From NCBI GenBank assembly GCA_963761335.1, contig CAVXGR010000015.1, positions 192,001 to 256,000 of the forward strand: DNA of 64,000 nt. Reading direction: 5' to 3'. Origin of the DNA: an uncultured delta proteobacterium. GTDB lineage: Bacteria > Desulfobacterota > Binatia > HRBIN30 > BPIQ01. The translations under genes and the position numbers were made by a program. This document shows positions 9,188 to 18,247 of this stretch, piece after piece. The notes beneath the pieces are model-generated. The model made no database searches, was not told the DNA's origin, and worked only from the letters and a program-made list of their open reading frames with translations. Positions within the stretch are counted from its first letter, which is position 1, and every line of letters begins with the position of its first letter.

Positions 9188-9256
9188 TTCGAGATCGACG
9201 TTCTCGTCTGCCCCGACTGTGGCGGGCGGCTGCGGTTTGTGGCGACGATCGAACGG
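9188..9256 (+). pseudogene. IS91/Y2-type transposase C-terminal remnant, right half
   Basis: FEIDVLVCPDCGGRLRFVATIE Zn-ribbon tail. Confidence 0.65.
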
Positions 9257-9403
9257 GTCCGCGGACGCTTGGCCGTTGCCCTTGACCTCAGGTACGGGAT
9301 TGCCTGGTCGAGGACGTCCTGGTCCTGCATCAGGGCCGGCGAAAACTACGCGCGTAGGCGTACGTTCTTACGACGGCTGCCGTGCCTCCGGTATAAATCA
9401 CCG

Positions 9404-10200
9404 ATGGCGAACATCTGTGCTCGGCCCTTTGTCCTCATGACTCTCGTCGCGGTCGCCGCCATCGAGTGGGGTTGCGGTGACGGGTCTGCTCCGGCGCCGA
9501 ACCCGGGCACGTCCAGCTACCAGCTCCTGAAGCAGGATGTGATCATCAATGCCGACCTTTGGGACGCCGAGCCCAAAATGATGGCGGCGGGTCTCGGCTT
9601 CACCGAGATCATCGGTGTCCCAGGAATCGACGCGGATGAACCCGAGCGCAGCGAAGTCCTGGTGCGCAGCGCGGGAGGCACGTGGAACACCCTGAACTGC
9701 GCCGAAGGGGGCACGCCCAGCGCGGGCGCCTACACGTCGGCGAGCACGCCATCGCAGGTGGCATTTGGCTATGGCTTCCCCGTGGAACACGCGGACGGGT
9801 TGCCGATCGAGTTCAGCTGGCCGATCCGACCGAGCACCCTGGACCCGACAGACTTTCTAGTCGTGCTCAACACCGGCGAGGTCGTCACCCCCCAGGTCGC
9901 GTCGATCACTCCGAACCTCGAGTACAACGAGCGGTCGGTAGCTGTGATCTTCGGTCACTTCGGCAACCGGCTCCCGCCGAGCAGCGCCGGGGCCATCTAC
10001 CCGGTCTCCGTGGAGGTGGTCGAAGACGACACACCGCTGCAACTCGTCGGCCCCAACGGCATCCTGGTGAGCGCTGTGGGCCTGACGGTCGAGAGTCGCG
10101 GCAGCCCGTATACGGACCCCGACCTTCCTCCGGACCAGAGAGGCGGCCCCCGACTGGCGGCGGCGAAACTGAGCCGGATGTCCACCGACGGCGAAGGGGG
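9404..10200 (+). pseudogene. Exported/lipoprotein hypothetical gene truncated at the RAYT element inverted repeat
   Basis: Signal-like N-terminus with WGC; DGLPIEFSWPI, PNLEYNER, FGNR, GPRLAAAKLSRM; frame runs into the IR at about 10200 and no continuation is evident after 11350. Confidence 0.6.
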
Positions 10201-10205
10201 GAGCG

Positions 10206-11350
10206 TGGGGACGTGGTTTCATCTGTTTCACTTTTCACGGGTGAAGCCCCTTGACACGGATCGGGCTGGCCGGTACCGGCGTGGGGCATGCCACGGGGTC
10301 CACGGTTGGACGCGCCAGGGGCGATGCACCATGTGATGGTGCGCGGCATCGAGCGGCGGCGGTTGTTTCGCTCAACGGCGGATCGGCGTGACTTCGTCCG
10401 CCGCGTCGCGGCGCTCGTGGACACGACGGGGACGCGGATCTATGCCTGGAGCCTCATGCCCAATCATGTCCACCTAGTTCTGGGCTCTGGGGCGGAGGGA
10501 CTGTCGAGCTTCATGCGCCGGCTGCTTACCGGCTACGCGGTCAGCTTCAACCGGCGGCACCACCGCGTCGGGCACCTGCTGCAGAATCGGTTCAAGTCGG
10601 TGCTGGTCGACGAGGAGCGATACTTCCTCGAACTCCTGCGCTACGTGCATCTGAATCCCGTGCGGGCGCGATTGGTCGGCGATGTGGCAGAGCTAGACGC
10701 GTACCCATGGACAGGACATGCGCGGCTCATGGGGCGGATCGACAACGGGTGGCAGGAAGCGGAGTTCGTCCTGCGGCAGTTCGCCCCCACGGTGACGGCG
10801 GCGCGGCAAGCATATCGCGCCTTCCTCGCAGAGGGCGTAGCGGCCCAGCCTCCGGAGCTGCTCGACACGGGCCTCGTTCATGCGGCGGACCGCTGGCAGA
10901 TCAGCCCCAGCCTCCGCCGGGGCCGGGAGGAGTGGACGACCGCCGAGCGGGTATTGGGGACGGCGGAGTTCACCGAAGCGGTACGCGCCGAATTGGAACA
11001 CGGCAGGCCGCTGCGGCCCGTGGTGACCACAGGAAATCCGCAGGAGGTCGTGCGCGAGCTTGCAGAGACCCTCGCGCCTCACTGCGGGGTCTCACCGGCG
11101 GAGCTGCTCGCCGGCCGCGGTCGCCGCAAGGTCGTCGCTGCCCGCGCCGGCGTCAGCTACCTCGCTGTGCGACACGTGGGCCTGTCGTTGCGCGCCGTGG
11201 CCACCGCCTTTGGTGTTTCGCCGCCAACGATCCTGCGGGCAGTTCGCGTCGGTGCCCACATCCTTGCCCAACTTGGCGTTCGGCCGGAAGAGATCCTGCT
11301 ACCATCTTCGCTTCGTCAGAAAAATTGAAACAGATGAAACTACGTCCCCA
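10206..11350. mobile_element. Y1/RAYT element bounded by 25-bp inverted repeats
   Basis: TGGGGACGTGGTTTCATCTGTTTCA (10206-10230) vs TGAAACAGATGAAACTACGTCCCCA (11326-11350), 24/25 match. Confidence 0.8.
10288..11328 (+). CDS. REP-associated-type Y1 HUH transposase with C-terminal HTH
   Basis: MPRGPR..PG..HHVMVRG, LMPNHVHL (HUH), GHLLQNRFKS, RYVHLNPVRA, YPWTGH; C-terminal SLRAVATAFGVSPPTI. Confidence 0.9.
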   Translation: MPRGPRLDAPGAMHHVMVRGIERRRLFRSTADRRDFVRRVAALVDTTGTRIYAWSLMPNHVHLVLGSGAEGLSSFMRRLLTGYAVSFNRRHHRVGHLLQNRFKSVLVDEERYFLELLRYVHLNPVRARLVGDVAELDAYPWTGHARLMGRIDNGWQEAEFVLRQFAPTVTAARQAYRAFLAEGVAAQPPELLDTGLVHAADRWQISPSLRRGREEWTTAERVLGTAEFTEAVRAELEHGRPLRPVVTTGNPQEVVRELAETLAPHCGVSPAELLAGRGRRKVVAARAGVSYLAVRHVGLSLRAVATAFGVSPPTILRAVRVGAHILAQLGVRPEEILLPSSLRQKN

Positions 11351-11554
11351 TCTTTCCCCTTTCGCGACGCACCCGGCGCCGGATCTGCGCGCTTCGCGTG
11401 GTCCCCGGCCTGCCGGCGCGGCGGCTGTGGGGGCCGTCCCTGAACCGCAGTCGAGCGCGGTCTCGATGCGAGGCTTCCTGAGTCATGTCTGCCCTCCTGA
11501 GCCGACGGGCCAACGTAGTTTAAGAATCCAGCCGGCGTCAAACGCCAGCGCGCG

Positions 11555-11640
11555 GTGCAGTGGGGACGCCGATTTCTCGCGCACCCCCCCCCACACATTC
11601 AGATCCGGACATGCGGAACCGCTGCACCCGGTTCCTGCCT
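11555..11640 (-). ncRNA. Degenerate group II intron domain V-VI remnant
   Basis: Minus strand GGAACCGGGTGCAGCGGTTCCGCATGTCCGGATCTG...GGGGGG...GGCGTCCCCACTGCAC; triad reads AAC rather than AGC; no RT ORF. Confidence 0.6.
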
Positions 11641-11698
11641 TATCCGGGTCAGGCCGTTGGCCAAAGGGGTTAGACCGCGGAGAAGAACGATTGACCCC

Positions 11699-11790
11699 TC
11701 AGCCCTCCGGAGGCCGCACGCGGCGGAAGAGCACGAGCAGCAGTACGTCGTACGTGAGCTTGAGTAGACCGGCGGCGACCAGCGGGGCGG
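11699..11790 (-). pseudogene. C-terminal fragment of an MFS transporter
   Basis: PLVAAGLLKLTYDVLLLVLFRRVRPPEG*. Confidence 0.5.
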
Positions 11791-11983
11791 GCCTTTTACG
11801 CCAGCCCTTCGTTGCCGAATCCTCGACAAAACCGACAAGTTTGCCTCCGGTTCGGCGCCTCGATCTGGCGCAAAATCCCTCGCCCTCGCTACGCCGCCTG
11901 TTCTTCAACGGGCTGTTGGGACAGTACCCGGCGGGGGTGAGCGGTCATTGCAGCCGAGCCACAACTCTGCCATCAGCCAGGGC

Positions 11984-12469
11984 ATGACAACCATCCACGA
12001 TTTCAAGGCAAGGTCGATCGACGGCACCGAGCAGTCGCTGCGCGATTACGCGGGCAAGGTGCTCCTCGTGGTGAACGTGGCGTCGCAGTGCGGGCTCACG
12101 CCGCACTACGCCGGCCTCCAGGAGCTCCAGCAGAGCTTCGGGGACCGCGGCTTCGCGGTTCTCGGCTTTCCCTGCAACCAGTTCGGCGCGCAGGAGCCCG
12201 GCAGCGAAGCGGAGATCAAGACGTTCTGCGAGACGCGTTTCGGCGTCACCTTTCCGATGTTTGCCAAGGTCGAGGTGAACGGGCCGCAACGGCATCCGCT
12301 CTACACCTTCCTCACGGCGCAGCCCACCGAGCCCGACGGTGCGGGCGACATCCAGTGGAACTTCGCCAAGTTCCTCATCGACCGCGACGGCAAGGTCGCC
12401 GCCCGCTTCGCCCCGGCCACTGCCCCGGTCTCCGAAGAGATCGTCGGCGCCATCGAGAAGGTGCTGTAG
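11984..12469 (+). CDS. gpx: Glutathione peroxidase (Cys type)
   Basis: VNVASQCGLTPHY, LGFPCNQFGAQEPG, IQWNFAKFL. Confidence 0.95.
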   Translation: MTTIHDFKARSIDGTEQSLRDYAGKVLLVVNVASQCGLTPHYAGLQELQQSFGDRGFAVLGFPCNQFGAQEPGSEAEIKTFCETRFGVTFPMFAKVEVNGPQRHPLYTFLTAQPTEPDGAGDIQWNFAKFLIDRDGKVAARFAPATAPVSEEIVGAIEKVL

Positions 12470-12532
12470 GGCGGGTGTCGCTGCGGGATTGGGAACTCCC
12501 AACCCGCGAACCCGGGTAACCTCGTCTCCGAA

Positions 12533-14170
12533 TCAGAAATGCGATGACGACAGCTTGACGTCCGCCGCCGCCCAGGCCTTCTGAAAGCGCGCCTCGACGG
12601 CGGCGGCTTCGTCGGTCTTCTGCTGCGCTCGCAGCGCCCGCGCCAGTCCGTAAAGAGACCAGCCGTTCTCCGGGTTGCGCACGAGGTCTTCGCGGTAGAC
12701 CTTCTCGGCCTCCTCGGGCCGTTTCGCGTCGAGGAGGACGGCGCCCAGAGCCTGTCGCTCCGGATAGTACCAGGGGGGTGGCTCGCTGTACGGCAGGCGG
12801 TCCTGGACGTGCACCGCCGCGGTCAGCTCGCGGACGGCGGTGTCGGTCATTCCCCGCCGCGCCGCGATGTTTCCGGCGAGGTCGTGGACGGCGATCTGGA
12901 GGTGGGCGACGGCCGGCTGGTTGTCGCCGACGATGCGGTCGGCCGGCATCATGTTGGCGAACGACTCCACCACCGCCTGCTCCTTTCTCGCGGCGGCGTA
13001 TTGGCGGTTGGCGGCGAGCGCCAGGCCGCGCACGTAGTGCCACATTGCCACCGCATACTGGAGATCGCCCGCGGGCGCATCGGCCTGCAAGATGTCGTTC
13101 CACTGGCCGAAGCGCGCCAGCGCCAGGAGCTCGGTGGGGGCAAAGAACTCCATCGCCGGCATTTGACGCATCATGTCCTCGGAGAGGTTGGACTCGACGT
13201 CGCGAGCCGCCTTGATCGCCACCGCACTGCGCCCCTCCATGCTCGCCGACGCCCACAGGAAGTGCAGGTTGTGGGGGTAGTACATCATCGGGTAGATGCC
13301 CTGCGGCTTGTACTTGTCGATGTACTCGCGGTCGACGGCGGCGGCGTTGATGTTCGCCTGCGAGGCCTCGGCGTAGCGTCCCAGGCGCATGTAGATGTGC
13401 GCCGGCATGTGCACCAGGTGACCGGCGCCCGGCATCAGCGCCGGCAGGCGCTGGGCGCTGGGGAGCCCGAGCTCGGGATGCGGCGAGGCCTCGATCGTGT
13501 GAATGTAGTAGTGGTTGGCGCCGGGGTGGTCGGGATGCTCCTTCAGCACCTTTTCCAGCGTCGCTACGATTTCCGCGGTGCCGGGCTGCGGCTGGCCCTG
13601 GATCGTCCACAGATCCCAGGGCCGCAGGTCCATCAGGGCTTCAGCAAACAGCGTCGCCGCGTCGGGATCCTCGGGATGATCCCGTGACAGCTCGCGCATG
13701 GCTCCGGCGTAGGCGAGGTCCATCGCCTTGCCGTCGGCTTCCGGATCCGCCGAGTAGCGGCGGGAGAGCGCCTCGATGTAATCGCGCTCGACGGGGCTGA
13801 CCTGGTCCTTCAAGGCGAGCGCCTGTTGCATTGACTCGAGCGCCTCGGCATCGCGTTGCGGATCGCGGGGCAGATTGATGTTGGGACCGAGGGACAGCGC
13901 AGCGCCCCAGTAGGCCATGGCGCACTGCGGGTCGATCCGCGCCGCCTCGTTGAATGCCCGCCGCGCCTCGTCGTGGTTGAACGCGTAGATGAGCCGCAGA
14001 CCCTGATCGAAGTACTGCTGGGCGCGGGGCGAGGATGTGGTCACGGTGTGGTGGTAGGTGCCGAGGTTGTCGAACAGCGGCACCGTGGCGGAGGCTGGGG
14101 CGGTATCGCCGGCGGCGCTCAGAGCGGCGGAGAAGGCGAGCACCGCCAGCGCGCTGGGAATTGATCGCAT
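12533..14170 (-). CDS. Secreted TPR-repeat protein
   Basis: Signal peptide; AQQYFDQGLRLIYAFNHDEA, HPGANHYYIH, GHLVHMPAHIY, EPPPW, PENGWSLYGL. Confidence 0.85.
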   Translation of the reverse strand: MRSIPSALAVLAFSAALSAAGDTAPASATVPLFDNLGTYHHTVTTSSPRAQQYFDQGLRLIYAFNHDEARRAFNEAARIDPQCAMAYWGAALSLGPNINLPRDPQRDAEALESMQQALALKDQVSPVERDYIEALSRRYSADPEADGKAMDLAYAGAMRELSRDHPEDPDAATLFAEALMDLRPWDLWTIQGQPQPGTAEIVATLEKVLKEHPDHPGANHYYIHTIEASPHPELGLPSAQRLPALMPGAGHLVHMPAHIYMRLGRYAEASQANINAAAVDREYIDKYKPQGIYPMMYYPHNLHFLWASASMEGRSAVAIKAARDVESNLSEDMMRQMPAMEFFAPTELLALARFGQWNDILQADAPAGDLQYAVAMWHYVRGLALAANRQYAAARKEQAVVESFANMMPADRIVGDNQPAVAHLQIAVHDLAGNIAARRGMTDTAVRELTAAVHVQDRLPYSEPPPWYYPERQALGAVLLDAKRPEEAEKVYREDLVRNPENGWSLYGLARALRAQQKTDEAAAVEARFQKAWAAADVKLSSSHF

Positions 14171-14210
14171 GGGGTGTTGTATACCACGGAGAGGGCCGGA
14201 TGGAGGACAG

Positions 14211-14661
14211 GCATCATGAGTCTTGCGGCTCGCTATCAGACGATGAAAATGAGGCCGGGGATCTGCCCCGGCAAGAGATTTGGAGGTTCTCGCCTGGGCG
14301 AAGTTCGCCCCGGAGGGGCGGTGGCGCGTAGCCCCGGGTGAAACCTGGGGAAAGATGCGCGCTCCGTCATACGCGCCCCGACAGGGGCGCGGGCAGATTT
14401 TCGTCGATGTCGCGCTTGTACGCCGATGATCACCGCGGGGTGCTTGGGAAGCTCATCGAGGTGACCTACGCGGCCCCTACGCCTGCGCCCCTGCGGGGCG
14501 CTGATCTGGGCCAATCGGAACGCGGTCCCCGGGTTAACACCCGGGGCTACATGCCCGCGCCCCTCCGGGGCGATAAGCTCCACGCTAAGCGCCGGGGCGA
14601 TAAGCTCCACGCTAAGCGCCGGGGCTCCGCCAGACCTTCACCCAACAGATTTTCGAAGCAG
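14211..14661 (+). mobile_element. Non-coding cassette, family A copy 1 (REP-hairpin cargo)
   Basis: Ends GCATCATGAG..CGGCTC...GACGATGAAAAT and CCAACAGATTTTCGAAGCAG; reverse-complement homolog of 62766-63119; CAGGCATC on both sides. Confidence 0.75.
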
Positions 14662-14746
14662 GCATCCATTGCGGACCGCCACTTGCGGCTGGGACGGCCG
14701 CGCTCCGAGATGGCGGCGCATTTGCGGCTGTCCGCTCACTTCGAGT

Positions 14747-17107
14747 ATGACCGCGCCGATGCTCCTGTACCGCGACCCCGCTCGGCCGCTGGACGAGCGC
14801 GTCGGCGATCTCCTCCGGCGCATGACTCTCGACGAGAAGCTGGCGCAGATCGGCTGCGTCTGGTCGACCGGCCTGCTCGCCGGCGACGGCACCTTCTCCG
14901 AGACGCTCGCCGCCGAGAGGCTGGAGCACGGCATCGGCCACGTGACCCGCATCGGCGGCGCCACCGTTCTGGCGCCGAAGCAGAGCGCTCGGCTGGCCAA
15001 CGCCATTCAGAAATTTCTCGTCGAGCGCACGCGCCTCGGCATCCCGGCGATCATCCACGAGGAGAGCTGCGCCGGCTACCTGGCGCGCGGCGCCACCTGC
15101 TTCCCGCAGGCCATCGGACTGGCGAGCACCTGGGAGCCGCAGCTGGTAGAGGCGATGACCGCGGTGATCCGCGCCCAGATGCGCGCCGTCGGCGCGCATC
15201 AGTCGCTGGCACCGGTACTGGACGTGGCTCGCGATCCCCGCTGGGGCCGCACCGAGGAGACCTTCGGCGAGGATCCCTATCTGATCTCGCAGATGGGCAT
15301 TGCCTACGTGCGGGGCCTGCAGGGGCCCGACCTGAGCCGCGGCATTGCGGCGACCGGAAAGCACTTCGTCGGCTACGCTGCCTCCGAGGGCGGCATGAAC
15401 TGGGCGCCGGCGCACATCCCGCGACGCGAGCTGCTCGAGGTCTACGTCGCTCCCTTCGAGGCGGCGATCGCCGAGGCAGGGCTGGCCTCGATCATGAATG
15501 CCTACAACGAGATCGACGGCATCCCCGCCGGCGCCTCGCGCGAGCTGTTCGAGGACCTGCTGCGCCGTCGCCTGGGATTCGGCGGGGTCGTGGTCACCGA
15601 CTACTTCACCGTCGCCACTCTCGCCGACTACCACGGCGTCGCCTGCGATGACGGCGAGGCGGCGCGCTTGGCGCTCGAGGCCGGGCTCGACGTCGAGCTG
15701 CCGGCGGTGCGTTGCTACGGTGAGCCGCTGCGGGCGGCGGTGGAATCCGGGGCCGTCGACGTGGGTCTCGTCGATCGCGCCACGGGACGCCTGCTGCGCA
15801 TGAAGCTCCAGCTCGGCCTCTTCGAGAATCCCTACGTCGACGACGGGCGTGCCGAGATCGTCTTCGACACCGCCGAGCATCGCGCTCTGGCGCTCGAGCT
15901 GGCGCGCAAGTCGATCGTGCTGCTCAAGAACGAGGGCGACCTGCTGCCGCTCGACGGCTCGCTCTCGTCGATTGCCCTGATCGGACCCAGCGCCGACAGC
16001 ATTCGGCTCCTGCAGGGAGACTATCACTACCCGGCTCACCTCGAGATGATGTTCGGCGAGATCCGCGAGGGCGACATGTCACCGCGGCCGGAAGGCGGAG
16101 TCGACCTGGCGCAACACTTCGTGCCCATGGTGAGCGTGCGGCGGGGAATTTGCGCCAAGCTCGGTGCCGGAGCCGTCGTCCACTTTGCTCCCGGTTGCGA
16201 AATCCTCGGCGAGGCTGTCGGCGGCTTTGCCGCCGCCGTGGAGGCGGCCCGGCGTTCCCAGGTGGCCATCGTCTGCGTCGGCGGGCGCTCGGGTCTGGTG
16301 GCGGGCTGCACCAGTGGCGAGTCCGTCGATCGCGCCGATCTCGGCCTGCCGGGCGTGCAGCAGGCGCTGGTGGAGGCGGTGGTTGGGACCGGCACGCCGG
16401 TGGTCGTGGTGCTGATCAACGGCCGGCCTCTGGCTTTGCCGTGGATCGCCGCGCACGTTCCCGCGGTGCTCGAGGCCTGGCTTCCGGGCGAAGAGGGCGG
16501 CACGGCGATCGCCGACGTCCTCTTCGGCGACTACAACCCCGCAGGTCGCCTGCCGATCTCGCTGCCGCGCTCGGTGGGCCAGCTGCCGCTCTACTACAAC
16601 CACAAGCCGTCGGGCGGGCGATCGCACTGGAAGGGAGACTATGCCGACCAAAGTGCGCAGCCGCTGTTCCCCTTCGGGCACGGCCTCAGCTACACGCGCT
16701 TCGAGTACGGCAGTCTGGAGATCTCTCCGCCGGTGATCGCCGCGCACGGCGAGGTGAGCATCGCCTTCGAGGTGTCGAACAGCGGCTCCCGGTCCGGAGA
16801 AGAGGTGGTGCAGCTCTACCTGCGCGATCTGATCGGCAGCGTCACCCGGCCGGTACAGGAGCTGAAGGGCTTTCTGCGCTTGCCGCTGGCGGCGGGCGAG
16901 CGGCAGCGTGTCGAGCTCACCGTCGCCGCCTCGCAGCTCGCCTTCCACGGCCGCGACATGCGCTTCGTCGTCGAGCCCGGCACCATCGAGGTGATGGTCG
17001 GCGCCTCCTCGGCCGACATCCGCCTGCGCGGCTCCTTCGAGATCGGCGGAGAGGCCACCGAGGTGAGCGGGCGCAAGCGTTACACGACCGCGGTGCGGAT
17101 CGGCTGA
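14747..17107 (+). CDS. GH3 beta-glucosidase/beta-xylosidase
   Basis: MTLDEKLAQ, HEESCAG, RDPRWGRTEETFGEDP, TGKHF, VVTDY, C-terminal Fn3-like domain. Confidence 0.95.
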   Translation: MTAPMLLYRDPARPLDERVGDLLRRMTLDEKLAQIGCVWSTGLLAGDGTFSETLAAERLEHGIGHVTRIGGATVLAPKQSARLANAIQKFLVERTRLGIPAIIHEESCAGYLARGATCFPQAIGLASTWEPQLVEAMTAVIRAQMRAVGAHQSLAPVLDVARDPRWGRTEETFGEDPYLISQMGIAYVRGLQGPDLSRGIAATGKHFVGYAASEGGMNWAPAHIPRRELLEVYVAPFEAAIAEAGLASIMNAYNEIDGIPAGASRELFEDLLRRRLGFGGVVVTDYFTVATLADYHGVACDDGEAARLALEAGLDVELPAVRCYGEPLRAAVESGAVDVGLVDRATGRLLRMKLQLGLFENPYVDDGRAEIVFDTAEHRALALELARKSIVLLKNEGDLLPLDGSLSSIALIGPSADSIRLLQGDYHYPAHLEMMFGEIREGDMSPRPEGGVDLAQHFVPMVSVRRGICAKLGAGAVVHFAPGCEILGEAVGGFAAAVEAARRSQVAIVCVGGRSGLVAGCTSGESVDRADLGLPGVQQALVEAVVGTGTPVVVVLINGRPLALPWIAAHVPAVLEAWLPGEEGGTAIADVLFGDYNPAGRLPISLPRSVGQLPLYYNHKPSGGRSHWKGDYADQSAQPLFPFGHGLSYTRFEYGSLEISPPVIAAHGEVSIAFEVSNSGSRSGEEVVQLYLRDLIGSVTRPVQELKGFLRLPLAAGERQRVELTVAASQLAFHGRDMRFVVEPGTIEVMVGASSADIRLRGSFEIGGEATEVSGRKRYTTAVRIG

Positions 17108-17119
17108 TGCGCGGCGCCC

Positions 17120-17827
17120 ATGAACCTCATCCTTCTGTCGCCTGAGGACTGGATCGCTGCCGGCCGGGTGCGGCTCAGCGGGCGGCGGCTGCGCCACGTG
17201 CTCGAGGTGCACCGCGGCGCCGCCGGCGACGAGCTGCGCGTCGGCGCGATCGGCGGACGCACCGGCCGCGGTCGCATCGCCTCGCTGAGCGCGGCGGCGA
17301 TGGAGATCGACGTCGAGCTCTCAGAGGATCCACCGGCGCCCCTGCCGCTCATCCTGCTTCTCGCCCTGCCACGTCCGAAGACTCTCAGGAAGGTGCTGCA
17401 GGCGGCCACGGCGATGGGCGTGAAGAGCATCTTCCTGATGGCGAGCTGGCGGGTCGAGAAGAGCTTCTGGCAATCGCCGGTCGTGCGGCCGGAGGGTCTG
17501 CTCGAGCAGGTGATGCTCGGTCTGGAGCAGGCGGGGGACACGATGCCGCCGCAGGTGGAGATGCGGCGGCGCTTCAAGCCCTTCGTCGAGGATGAGGTGC
17601 CGGCGTTGATCGCCGGCAGCCGCGCCCTGGTGGCGCATCCGGCGGCGCCCAGCGAGTGCCCGCGCCACATCGGCGGGCCGGTGACTTTGGCGGTGGGTCC
17701 CGAAGGCGGCTTCATCCCCTATGAGATCGAGATGCTCGGCGCCGCCGGCTTCGAGGCCGTCTCCCTCGGGCCGCGACGGCTCCGCGTCGAGCACGCCGTG
17801 CCGGCGTTGCTGGGCCGCTTGTTCTGA
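17120..17827 (+). CDS. rsmE: 16S rRNA m3U1498 methyltransferase
   Basis: LALPRPK, EQAGDT, VGPEGGFIPYE, SLGPRRLRVEHAV. Confidence 0.9.
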   Translation: MNLILLSPEDWIAAGRVRLSGRRLRHVLEVHRGAAGDELRVGAIGGRTGRGRIASLSAAAMEIDVELSEDPPAPLPLILLLALPRPKTLRKVLQAATAMGVKSIFLMASWRVEKSFWQSPVVRPEGLLEQVMLGLEQAGDTMPPQVEMRRRFKPFVEDEVPALIAGSRALVAHPAAPSECPRHIGGPVTLAVGPEGGFIPYEIEMLGAAGFEAVSLGPRRLRVEHAVPALLGRLF

Positions 17828-17833
17828 CCCGCT

Positions 17834-18204
17834 CTACCGCAACCCCCGCTTCGTTGAGTTGAACCCGACCCCCCGAGGTTGCATCTGTGGCCGGGAGCGA
17901 GGAGATCATTTGCCCCGGAGGGGCGCAGGCTTGTAGCCCCGGGTCGGAGACCCGGGGATCCGAAGTCGACGTCCGTTGGCGCCCCGCCAGGGGCGCGGGC
18001 GCGGTTTTGACACAGGTCCTCTGCATCCGGGGTTGCACGCCTGCGCCCCTGGCGGGGCGCATCCGAGAAGGCGGACCCGAATCCCCGGGTCTCCGACCCG
18101 GGGCTACATGCCTGCGCCGCTTTGCGGCGCGATCCCCCCAACCCAAGTTGGGTCGTTGGGGATTTCGAAAACGAAACGCGGTTGATCTCAAGATCCACCA
18201 CTAC
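17834..18204. repeat. REP-rich dispersed element, family B copy 1
   Basis: Homologous to about 45732-46235; GTAGCCCCGGGTCGGAGACCCGGG hairpins; shared end AAACGAAACGCGGTTGATCTCAnGATCCACCACTAC. Confidence 0.7.
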
Positions 18205-18247
18205 TAGGCGGCCAAGCTGGCTGCGCCCCAAGGCGCCGCGGCCGATC

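Larger units (their letters stand above)
5830..9189 (+). mobile_element. 3360-bp large-serine-recombinase IS-like/integrative element (DUF5372-like ORF, HTH, orfB, LSR)
   Basis: TT at 5828-29 and at 9188-89; excision restores the target reading frame; compact, translationally coupled genes. Confidence 0.85.

Noticed and set aside
9167..10336. 389-aa ORF as a single gene
   Set aside because: Chance read-through of element end, IS91 tail, truncated gene and RAYT IR
11561..11568. TGGGGACG as a third RAYT end
   Set aside because: Only 8 bp and explained by the group II intron domain VI stem
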